DNA of 64,000 bases from Somniosus microcephalus. Taxonomy: Eukaryota. Under the pieces are notes generated by a model. It searched no databases. It saw nothing but the letters and a program-made list of their open reading frames with translations, and was not told where the DNA came from. How positions within the stretch are numbered: the stretch's first letter is position 1; every line of letters starts with the position of its first letter. This document shows, piece after piece, positions 40,380-51,470 of the stretch. Made by a program: the position numbers and the translations under genes. The DNA is taken from positions 34,348,001-34,412,000 of the forward strand of contig CM126220.1 in NCBI GenBank assembly GCA_052327205.1, given 5' to 3'.

Positions 40380-41660
40380 CCCGCAGTTTGCGTCCCCCAC
40401 ACCCGGACACATCAAACCACAAGCATTGACCCAGGGACCCGCCTGTAGCCATTCACAACCAGCCTTTTGTACCGGATCAGGACTCGGCTTTTACTCTCTA
40501 AGAAAAAGGCCACCAATTTTCTACTGTTTAAAAAAGGGAGTGAAGCAGAGCCAGGGTTACCTTCGAGTGTGAAAGCCATTGCTGACAACTCCGAGCTGAT
40601 CCTTGCTGCTCTGCAGTCCCGATGGGTACTTGTACTGAAATCCAGTTCCCCACGAAGCGCACACCAGAGGGATTAAGTGCAGCAGAAAGAAAGTTACTTG
40701 CAAGCCTCTCCACGATGCTGCGCACCCCTGGAGCTCCCTGAAGGTGCTAACATGCACACTCCCGGCCATTCCCTGTTACACTTTCAGTAGATGATGTTGG
40801 AATGATCCCTGTGCTTTCTCAAAAGCACCGCTCCGTCCGACCGACTCCCAGCGTGTCAATAGAGCGGATTCTCCTCACCGCACCCCCTCAGGTCCCGAGT
40901 GCTGCCGCAATCTCAGCTGCCCACGGTGCTCAGATTGGATGCAATAAGCCGAAATGCTGCAAATATCTGAGGGCTAAGGCTGCTTTGGTCATTACCGATT
41001 GGCGTTTTACTCTAACTGTCATTGAGGATGAAATCTGGGAAGGGTTTTTATGGGGGTTGCTTGGCTCAGTGTGTAAAGAGTCTCGACTGAGTGTTGTACC
41101 CTGGTGCCTCCACTCTTTTTTTGGTCAGGGCAGCGTGTGTTTTGTAGTTTTCCCCGGAGAAATCTCATTGACGTCTCGCTGATGGATTGCTGGCAGCGAG
41201 GAATCAGACGGGCTTTTTCTCCCCCACCCACACTGGATTAACGACGCGGCGCAATCAGGTCCTTGAAAAGATCTTGCACTCCCCGGCAGATCCCGCCCCT
41301 CCTATTCATCCACAAAAACGTGAATCGCCTTAAAATGCTTTGCCGAGACATGCTTATTTTTTCCCCGCTGGTAAATGGAAATATATTTCACGCCGGATAC
41401 TTGGCACAAAACAGCTAGCCATTAGCATTGGCCTCAAATTATCCACAAGTTGTGGTAGGCTTGGAAATACTTGCAAAAGTCCCTCGGCATCATAAAGCGG
41501 CCGCGAGAGGGCGGCGTTGTCAAGTTGCCGAGTCTCAGGCTGAGTGTGGCCGGCCTGCTCTTCACTGGCGAGCTCGCAGCTCGGTGGGACCGTGGGTTAC
41601 TGCAGGATTCCTTGCTGCCCAGTCTGCCCCCAGCGACCCACTGATGTGACCCCAGCTGTG
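40380..41660 (-). promoter_or_regulatory. CpG-rich promoter/5'UTR region of the EMI-domain gene
   Basis: Visibly raised GC/CpG content around exon 1; GC box cccgcccc near 41292; TSS cannot be determined. Confidence 0.55.
40561..40769 (-). CDS. EMID1: EMI-domain protein (EMID1/COL26A1 family), coding exon 1 with signal peptide
   Basis: gggaATGG Kozak; MAGSVH...VTFFLLHLIPLVCASWGTGFQYKYP...NGFHTR; hydrophobic signal core; phase-2 donor CGAAG|gtaacc joins exon 2 to give RRNWC; lies in a CpG-rich region. Symbol tentative (COL26A1 is the alternative). Confidence 0.8.
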
Positions 41661-41799
41661 TGCATTTTTAGTTTGGACAGGCTATCCGTTTTCTTAAAGC
41701 GGTGACCTCCTAAATTGAGGCGGGTGTTACTGGACACCAACCCAATGACGTGAAGAAATCACAGGTTCCTTGCCCGTGGACAATAAGAAACTGAAACCA

Positions 41800-42655
41800 G
41801 TCACCAAACGCAGATTGGGTGACCGCTTTGCGGAACACCTCCGTTCAGTCCGTAAGGGTGACCCCGAGCTTCCGGTCGCCTGTCATTTTAATGCACCGCT
41901 CCATTGCCACTCAGACCTCACCGTCCTTGGCCTCTTGTATTGTTCCACGGAAGCTCAACGTAAACTCGAGGAACAGCACCTCATCTTCTGATTAGGCACT
42001 CTGCAGCCCGGACTCAATATCGAGTTCAACAATTTCAGATCATAACCTCGACCCCCATTACATTTTTTCTTGTAATTTTTCCACTCCTTTCCCCCCCCCC
42101 TTTCCTTTTGTTTCTCTCTCACACCTGGCAGCTATCTCTTGCCCTGCCAGTACCCTTTACACCTAATCTCAGCCTATTACCAGCTCGTCTAGCTTCGAAT
42201 ACCTTTTATTGTCTCTTCTACTGCTTTTGTTTCTTTTACTTCTTTTGTCCGATCGCAGCCCTGCCTTCGATCTATTTTCTTTTCTTTCCAGTTTTGAAGG
42301 ACTCAACGCGAAACGTCAACTCAAATTTCTCTCCACGGATGTTGCCTGACCTGAGTTTTTCCAGCATTTTCTGTTGTTATTTCAGATTTCCAACATCACA
42401 GAAATCACAGAAACCCCACAGTGCAGATAGAGGCCATTTCGGCCCATCGAGCCTGCACCGACACATGTCCCACCCGATCCCCGTAACCCCTACACCAACA
42501 CATATCCCACCCTATCCCCGTAACCCCACGTATTTAATCCCCCTAACACTAAGGGTCAATTTATCATAGCCAATCAACCTAACCCGCACATCTTTGGACT
42601 GTGGGAGGAAACCGGAGCACCCGGAGAAAACCCACGCATCTGCAGTATTTTGCTA
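41800..42655 (+). mobile_element. Penelope-like element 3' end (GIY-YIG endonuclease C-terminus plus terminal repeat)
   Basis: TKRRLGDRFAEHLRSV...PVACHFN...RKLEEQHLIF*LGTLQP.GLNIEFNNF; pyrimidine-rich UTR; gaaacgtcaact..gatgttgcctgacc tail. Confidence 0.9.
42398..42636 (-). mobile_element. HE1-like V-SINE, 5'-truncated, inserted in the Penelope tail
   Basis: gcacatctttggactgtgggaggaaaccggagcacccggagaaaacccacgc (V-domain, reverse complement); flanked by a duplicated catc. Confidence 0.85.
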
Positions 42656-43006
42656 TCCAACTTGTATTTATATAGCACCTTTGACGTAGTATTACGTCCC
42701 AAGGCATTTCACAGGAGTGTTATAAAACAAAATTACACCGAGCCACATGAGATATAGGGCAGGTGACCAAAAGCTTGGTCAGCGAGGAAGGTTTTAAGGA
42801 GGAAAGAGAGGCACAAAAGAAAGACTTACATTTATATAGCACCTTTGACGACCACCGGACATCTCAAAGCGCTTTACAGCCAATGGAGTTCTATGAAGTG
42901 GAGTCACTGTTGTAATGTGGGAAAAGTAGAGAGATGGAGAGGTTTAGGCAGGGAATTCCAGAGTTTTGGGCCTTGCCATCTGAAGCCATGGTGGAGCAAT
43001 TAAAAT

Positions 43007-43346
43007 CAGGAAGGATGTTCCCGATGGCAGGGGAGTCCAGAACCAGGGGTCACAGTCTAAGGATAAGGGGTAAGCCATTTAGGACAGAGATGAGGAGGAA
43101 TTTCTTCACCCAGAGAGTGGTGAACCTGTGGAATTCTCTACCACCGAAGGCAGTTGAGGCCAATTCATTAAATATATTCAAGAAGGAGTTGGATATATTT
43201 CTTAAGGCTAAAGGGATCAAGGGATATGGGGAGAAGGCAGGAACAGGGTACTGAATTTGGATGATCAGCCATGATCTGATTGAATGGCGGAGTAGGCTCG
43301 AGGGGCCGAATGGCCTACTCCTGCTCCTATCTTCTATGTTTCTATG
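43007..43346 (+). mobile_element. Young CR1 3' end inserted in L2
   Basis: Near-identical to ~9156-9494. Confidence 0.95.
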
Positions 43347-43507
43347 AATGCTCAAGAGGCCAGAATTAGAGGAGCAGAGATATCTCGGAGGATTGTGGGG
43401 CTGGAGGAGATTACAGTGAGAGGGAGGGGCGAGGCCAGGGAGAGATTTGAAAACAAGGATGACAATTTGAAAATTGAGGCCTTGCTTAACCGGGAGCAAA
43501 TGTAGGT

Positions 43508-43831
43508 CAGCGAGCACAGGGGAGATGGGTGAACGGGACTTGGTGCGAGTTAGGACATGGGCAGCGAGCACAGGGGAGATGGGTGAACGGGACTTGGTGC
43601 GAGTTAGGACATGGGCAGCGAGCACAGGGGAGATGGGTGAACGGGACTTGGTGCGAGTTAGGACATGGGCAGCGAGCACAGGGGAGATAGGTGAACGGGA
43701 CTTGGTGTGAGTTAGGACACGGGCAGCGAGCACAGGGGAGATAGATGAAGCGGACTTGGTGCGAGTTAGGACACGGGCAGCGAGCACAGGGGAGATGGGT
43801 GAACGGGACTTGGTGCGAGTTAGGACACGGG
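43508..43831 (+). repeat. 54-bp tandem repeat, 6 copies
   Basis: Unit cagcgagcacaggggagatgggtgaacgggacttggtgcgagttaggacaYggg starting at 43508, 43562, 43616, 43670, 43724 and 43778. Confidence 0.97.
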
Positions 43832-46369
43832 CAGCCGAGTTTTGGATGAGCTCAAGTTTACCAATGGTAGAACGTGGGAGGCTGGTCAGGAGTGCGATAG
43901 AAGTCAAGTCTAGAGGTAACAAAGGCATGGATGAAGATTTCAGCAGCAGATTTTATCCAATAATTATACATAATATAAGTGATTACCTCATCAGTTTAGA
44001 TTTTTAAAAGTATAAAAGCTGAAAATCTAAAAGCACTTTCTGACCACTCATTGTAATCCTGGTTAAGCATGAACTTTTCTTAAACAATGTGCACGGAGCA
44101 AGTTTTAGGTACCTGTTGTACCCGCCCCAAATTAATTATTGGATGAGATCACTATTCCATTTTTTCCAATTAAATCCTGTCATTCAAAGTTAAGTCTACT
44201 GAGGCAACACTTGAACCGAACCCAACTTTTAATTCATTGACTAATTATTTCCCTCTCCACTTTCTGAATACTTCTAATCCAGGTAATACAGTCCACATGC
44301 CCACAATACTATGTGATCTCTTCTATTTCAGTTATCCTACTTGGTGTGCTCAAGCCCCACCCTGCCCTTCTGGTCTGAAATGCATCCAAGTGTAACCTCC
44401 CATCCACTTCACTTGGATCCATGAAATGGAGCTACTCCTTCTTGCTTTTGGATAAAGATTTTCAACAAATGACAGTGCATTCATACTCCACAAGCTTAGC
44501 ATCAATGCAAAGCCAAAACCTCATTGCACCAATGTTAACCTTGGAATGTAAATAGGGCGTGAAGGCCCAAATTGACTGTGAAGCAGAGTGAGACTCCATC
44601 TCCAGGGACTCTCACCCCGCTTTGTTCTGCTGTCTTCTCTGACTCCTTAGCTGCACGAGCAGGAAAGAGCAGGACCATTCCCCAGGTATTCAGAAGCACA
44701 TCATGTTGGCAAGAGGGAAGACTTGACTCACATTTGGGGTTGGCTAGCAATCAAGTGCACGAGATCCACATGGTCATATATCATTTGTTTAGGGTATGTA
44801 GCTAACTGCAACTGCCAAGTTCTGTTAACCCAATCATATTTTTTGTAAATATTTACTATCAAATACTTATTTTGATCACAGCATTCCCCCCCCCCCCACC
44901 CTTGCAGTAAAAATGTGGAGCACTCATTGATAATAGAGGTTACACAATGAAGAACAATTTGGTATGATTTAAATTCTATAAATTGACTGAGCTTTTAACT
45001 AAAGATGTTTTAATGGAATAGTTCCAATACAATTGGAAGCTGAGGGAGTGCTGGTTTGACTATTACATAACGCAGTATATGAATGTTTTATCAGTTTTCA
45101 GAGGTAGAAAATAGATCCAATAATTAGTTTCTATTGTCATCACATCAACAATGTTTAGTATGTGCTTGTTAAAACTTTCATATGCATACTGTACTGAAGA
45201 TTTTTCCAATAAAAGTCTGAGAATTTGTGGTGCTAAAATACCTGGTTGTCCTAAAAAGTGTATCTACTAAATGAGATTAAAACACTTTTGCAGACTTTTC
45301 GAAGTATTGTGTGCAGAATGTAAAACTACTGTAACTCTACTTTCTACAAATGTATACTAATCATCATGAATTAATCAAACAAAATGATTTTTACTTGGCT
45401 GTAGTTGCAGGAAAACCTAAAGCAGATCTTCCAATCCCAAAGGAAATTGTTTGGACTGGTTACAGTTGTTCACACAAAGATCAGAATAGTTAAGTTTTGG
45501 TTAATAATTATTTGGCTACATCTGGATTTTATTATACAGCTATGTCATGTTGTATCTTATTACTCAGGTAAAATTTATACCAGGCAAATCTTGTAAAAGA
45601 CATCCATTCTAATAAACCTCATAACCAATTACAATGCTAAAACAATCACTAACAGGTGTTGGCGTATCAATAACTAACAAATTGATTCAGGTACGAGAGA
45701 AACAATTCAACTAGTCCAAGGACTTGGCAAATGCAATTTAATAAAATTATTAATTTTCTACAATTGAATACTTGAAATCAGTTTTACGTTAATGTGCAAA
45801 AATACATTTTGGTAAACACAAAGTATTTTGCCAAAGAATGGGATTTATTTTTCTTATTCCTGTTCTGAAGTAATTTCTTTAAGCAGAAGTGTGGATTTTT
45901 AGTCTCAAACTTCATTGGTAAAGCCAATGTTCTTTTACAAACAAATTGTTTAGCAGACTAGGACTGTTGTTTAAATACCAAGAGTACCATTTTATTTTTT
46001 AACCCAGTTACACTGAAATATGTGTGTGTATTATCGAGCCAAATTTGTAACATTACCAATCTACCAGTGAATATTGCTGGATATGCAAACTATTGTCCAC
46101 AGGTCTGCAGAAATAGAAATTCAACGTTTTATTGGTGATATTTAATTAGTTTTAGATTCCATGCATTCCTGCCTGAGTCAGACATTCCAAATTTTTCTGT
46201 TTATATATGAACAAAGATTTATCAAATTAATGAATAAACACAAGTGTAAAAAGATTTTATTAAAAATACAAATTTTGATAGTTGTTCAAGAGAATAGTGC
46301 TGGGAAAATGAATGTTTTTCCTGTATGCGCTCAACAAAACAATTAAAAACTGCAAGTGTGTCAGAGGTT

Positions 46370-46750
46370 CATAGTCAATGTAGTCACAGTTGTAATGTAA
46401 GCAAAATATGGCAGCCAATTTGCACACAGCAAGGTCCCACAAATGGGAGTGAGATAATTGCTGAGAGAATCTGTTTTTATTGGTGTTGGTTGAAGGATAA
46501 GTGCTGGCCAGGACACGAGAGGCACACCCCGGCTCTTCGAATAGCACCAGGGGATCTTTTACGTCCATCTGAGAGGGCAGGTAGAGCTTTGGTTTAAGAT
46601 CTCATCTGAAAGACACGACCTCCAACAGTGCACCAGTCACTTAGTACTGCACTTAAGTGTAAGCCTAGATTAAGTGCTCAAGTGTCTCAGGGGGGTTTGA
46701 ACCCACAACCTTCTGATCTAGAGGCTATTTGCTACCACTGAGTCAAGCCT
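46370..46750 (-). mobile_element. DeuSINE (SacSINE1-like) with head
   Basis: Collinear with 38025-38458. Confidence 0.85.
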
Positions 46751-46959
46751 GGCACTAACTATAGCATAATTAATATTGTTTTTACCCTTTATTCCAACAA
46801 AAGAAATTTCTATAATGTTATTTTATTACTGATTATAGTGACCAGCACAGAAATACTGGTTAGCAGATCAAAGTAACAGGTATGGTCAAAACTATTGTCA
46901 ATCCACTTGTACACCTTGGCACCTTCTACATCAAGTACACTGTACAGCTGATAGACATT

Positions 46960-47150
46960 GAAGTAGACTATTTCAGGGATTTTGACACAAGATATCACAA
47001 ATTCAAACCATGACAGTAAGAACAAGTTTAAAGCAGCAGATGACAAATTTGGGAAAGATATCAGGAAGCTCCTCTTCATACAGAGTGATCAAGACATGCA
47101 ATAGACTTCTAAATAGGAAAATAGAGGCAAAAGCCCTGGAATTATTTAAT
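46960..47150 (+). mobile_element. Old CR1 ORF2 C-terminal relic
   Basis: RVIKTCNRL..KIEAKALELF resembles QRVVNLWNSLP..VEANSLNIF. Confidence 0.55.
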
Positions 47151-47299
47151 ACAGTCCCCACCACATATGGCGAGCACATTGGGGTCAACACAGCTCGGGA
47201 CAAGAATAAATTTAGCTGCACTGGAAGCGCGGAGGGAATCTTCATCCTCCGTCTCTCCATTTACTGTCCAAATGCCACAGTGCCCGTTTAACGGTTTAA

Positions 47300-47682
47300 A
47301 CATACATAGAAGATAGGAGCAGGAGTAGGCCATTTGACCCCTTGAGCCCGCTCCGCCATTTAATGAGATCATGGCTGATCATCCAAATTCAGTACCCTGT
47401 CCCTGCTTTCTCCCCACATCCCTTGATCCCTTTAGCCTTAAGAAATATATCTAACTCCTTCTTGAATATATTTAATGAATTGGCCTCAACTGCCCTGTGG
47501 TAGAGAATTCCACAGGTTCACCACTCTCTGGGTGAAGAAATTCCTCCTCATCTCAGTCCTAAATGGCTTACCCCTTATCCTTAGACTGTGACCCCTGGTT
47601 CTGGACTCCCGCGCCATCGGGAACATCCTTCCTGCATCTAGTCTGTCTAGTCCTGTTAGAATTTTATAAGTTTCAATGAGAT
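47300..47682 (-). mobile_element. Young CR1 3' end
   Basis: Reverse complement near-identical to ~9108-9488. Confidence 0.95.
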
Positions 47683-50139
47683 AAGCAGTGCCTTTGTAAT
47701 TGACACCTATAGTAATGGCAAATGGTTAGCGCTATTTGCCAGGTACAGGCAGCGGTCTGGGATAAGCGGGGACAGTGTAAGCGGTGGGGACTGTGGTCGG
47801 ATGGTGATGGAAGAGACTGATGTTTTTGCATTGAGGAGCTAAAATAGGGTGAAAGGCCTTCCTCATCCAGTTACCTTGTGATTTATTGAACATAATCACC
47901 AAAGAAGTTGGCATATTTGAAACATATTTTGTGATATTTATTTTGTAACAGAATAGTTAACATGTTATTAAGTGCACAAACATTAATGATAGTCACAGTA
48001 GCTTACATCTGAAAAATAACTAAACGTTGAAAAATACAAATCTCAGTAGTTAGAAATATGGCCCATAAGATATTGCACAATTTAAATGTTTTATGTTTCT
48101 GAATATAGACATATTGAAGAACCGATGATGTACAGAGCTGTATACCGTTTAGAGTTTAATTCCGATTTAATTAGTACACACGAGAGCCCAGTGTACAAGC
48201 CCAAAATTTAAAAAAGGTACCTCCCCAGCTTTGTAATTATCCGGTAATCTATGTTCCAGAATTCACGCACAATGTAGTTTTCTTCCTTCTTAGTGAACAA
48301 TCACCAGCAGTGCATCAAAATTACCACACAAGTGAAACAGCTACTGAGAACGAATAGGTGCAACATTATGGGTAACAGGCATTGTAGGTGTAAATAAAAT
48401 GGGAAATTCTTCATATTCCAATATAGAAACAATGTTCACAGAGATGCAATTTTCAGAAAATAAATGTTTAGTTATTAATATATTACTGGGTTTATTTCAC
48501 AAGTGTATAAGGATTACAGCTTGAAATAAGAGCTCACTTTTGCCTGTGAAATAAATCCAATGGTACACTACTGCTCAACGCAAAGGTCCTTAAAGTATGC
48601 AGAAAGATTTACTGTGATCTGCACAAGAATGGATTTGCTTGCAAGCAAGATGTGTATTTTCCTAATTGGGTAAGAAATGCCAGTAGTTTCTCTCCCCTGC
48701 CCCATAGACCCAGATAAATAGCCTCACTGAGTAGATATTTACTTAAGGAGGCGCTGAAAATTGAGGAGGGCGAGGAAGAGCCCAAATGTCCTGAATATGA
48801 CATGCATCTAGTTCCTATTGTCGGAGGGAAAAAAAGACAATGAATGGGGAACCTGCATAGAGGCAGGTAATGTTTGGATTCCCCCAGATACAGCCTTCTA
48901 GTTTAATTGTATATCCATAAAATACAGCTGTGTTAAAAGTAGAAATTTAGCACACTCTTAAATTTTTTGTTATATATATTTTAAAACACGAACAGCTGTG
49001 ACTCCCAGGACGATGAGCTTTCTTCCTATTGCCTTACCATCATTTTTGGGAGATGCTCAGCTTTATGAGGGTAGATGGTACGAGGAGCATTTAAGAGCAG
49101 CACCAGGCAAGGACTGCAAATTATTTTTGTGCTCGACATGTTGTGGCGATATCCGAGTTACAACTTTTGGGAGGGAGGGTGTGAAAACACTAAAGGATGT
49201 GTTATAAGGAGGAATAAAACATCTTGCATTTTAAGTATGTATGCCAAAAATACACTCGAGGTAACAAAAAAAGAATAAATGCAATCCTCTGGCATATTTA
49301 CACAATTAGTATCTAACAACTTTCTTCAAAATAGACACTATTTCAGTACCACAGTTTCTTACAAGTTTTGTACAAATTCAAATGATTTCACATTAATATT
49401 TTTTATAGTTAACAGAAAGAATAGTATTCATTTTGTGATAACAACTTTCTAATTCTGTTGCCATTAAATTCAAACAACTTATAACAAAGTTTCAAACAAC
49501 TTTGCAGCCATTTTATATAATTAGTGAAAATTTGGAACATTCAGTATGTGCATTTCAGTACTACAGATCTATGGTTACTTGTTTACCAACTTCAAATACT
49601 AAAATTTAAAACTAGCACCATACCAAACAGAATTAACAAGTACAATTTTGCATTTTGATATATAAAGTGCACATCATATAATCGCACACAATAGTCACCA
49701 TTTAACTTTTTAAAATTCTCGATTTAAATCTAAATTAAGACAAAATAAGATACCTGTCATGATGTGAGATTTGTTCCAATTTGTATAACTCTTGCTGACA
49801 AAGCTATGGAAACAGGCAATTTTTTGGCATATAATCAGCAGGAGGAAAATTCGACACAAAGGAGTGCAACTTGGTTAAGCCATTTCGGTGCTGACATTAT
49901 ATAAATAAACACGAAAGTTCATTTAGATGTCATGTACTCAATGCAATTTCTGCAGTTTCTTTTTACAATGTCTACTACTGAATTAAAAGGGGTAATTTAA
50001 TCAAATAAAAAAGCAAGTGCTGCTTACAAGGTTTTATATATTTTTATAAATAATTGACCCAATCCTTTAATTAGCCCAAACAGCTTTTATATTGGGAAGA
50101 CTGACAGTAACACGAAAACACTGCTACACTATAATGAAA

Positions 50140-50510
50140 ATGAGAGGTAGCTCAGTAAACCTATCGACCGAGGAGCTGAGCTGTACAGATCAGGTCGGTT
50201 GGTTCCTGGTTTTTTTGCATTTGGTTGATCTCTGTTGCGATAGTGATAGGAGTGCTACAATTGACCTCAGGTTTGGGACAATCGTGGTGGGAGGGGGGCG
50301 GTTTCAGCTCTTTATCACTATCCAGTGATCCCTGTTGCAAGTGTGGACAAGATCAGTTTACCCGTGATGCCCTTCATGGGTGAGTAGGCTGCTGACACTC
50401 ACTGTAAAAGCTCATGTATGTGAGGTGCCAGATGGTGGCTGGTGCCCGTGGATCGGAAACCCCAGTAGGGTTCAGTGGAGGAGGAAGAGGGAGAAAATTG
50501 GCAAGAAAAA
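50140..50510 (+). mobile_element. SINE-like family 'A'
   Basis: gtagctcagt head; gctacaattgacctcag; cactatccagtgatccctg; gaggaagagggagaaaattgg plus A-rich tail. Confidence 0.7.
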
Positions 50511-51269
50511 AAATTGACATAAAAAAAATCGTGTGATTTCAATGTTTCTTTAGGAGTATTAACCCAAGTCTTCAATTTTTCAACATGCTAGCTTCCTATT
50601 AAACAACAAAATGCAATTTATAAGCAATTCACAGGCAGTGCTTGCAAGTTCAGCAGAGCCAACAATGAGCATCACCACAGCGGCACAGCTACTTGCTGTT
50701 AGCAGCACTCTCTTACTCTGTTTATATCAAGATTACATCAAGATAACGAGAACAAACGTAGTGATCATGGCCTAGGTTCAGTTCTCATGCATAACACCCC
50801 TAAATTATCACAATACATGCATATTAATATAAAACAAGGAAGCGATTTACATTAAGCGGTTTGATGCAAATTAGAATTCCACAGAGGAATAATCTAAAGT
50901 TTCTTATTCTATTCTAGTGCACATTGCCATGAGGTGACTGACACAAGAGCATCAAGTATATGGGACAGAAATACTTTTCACTGGAGCATGGCATTAATGT
51001 GAATGTGGTTTGCTTAACTTAACTCCGATATCTAGTAGTTAAGAGTTTTTAATGACAGGCTTCCATGTTTTAGTTTTAACATATGAATAAATAACAAGCG
51101 TGTAATTTTACAATCAAATGAGCTGCACAGTTTACAGTTACAAATGGTGCTCGTCACATCAATTCCATTTGCTTTTTACTGATCAACACAAGACATAGTC
51201 AAAGCTTCCCAGTGTGTCCATTATAGTTTAAACGTTTCATTGTTCTCCCACATCAATACCTGCGTTGCT

Positions 51270-51470
51270 TTAATATTCTTTCTCTGAGTTTGTGGCATCT
51301 TCTGCTCGTGTACCATTCAAAGAGCCATCTCCCTGGAAATCATCACCTCCAGACTCTACTGAGCCTGCAGCCAATTGGTGGAGAACTAACTTCTTGTAGA
51401 TTCCTCCCTTCTCTAAAAGCTTCTTATGGGTACCGCATTCCACTATCCTTCCTTTGTCAACAACAATCAC
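51270..51470 (-). CDS. ABCB-family ABC transporter, last coding exon
   Basis: T-rich acceptor ...aaattaag|GTG in phase 0, matching the previous exon; VIVVDKGRIVECGTHKKLLEKGGIYKKLVLHQL...EKEY*; typical ABCB C-terminal GTH..LL..GG.Y..LV motif; intron 51471-63195 (11.7 kb). Confidence 0.93.
   Translation of the reverse strand: MIVVDKGRIVECGTHKKLLEKGGIYKKLVLHQLAAGSVESGGDDFQGDGSLNGTRAEDATNSEKEY

Larger units (their letters stand above)
42658..43950 (-). mobile_element. L2 LINE 3' part containing a DeuSINE tail (~42815-42922), a young CR1 and a 54-bp tandem repeat
   Basis: KLELIQNSAARVLTRTKSRSPISPVLADLHLLPV; collinear with 60005-60680. Confidence 0.88.

Noticed and set aside
43050-43928. 292-aa ORF
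   Set aside because: Chimera of L2 ORF2, tandem repeat and antisense CR1
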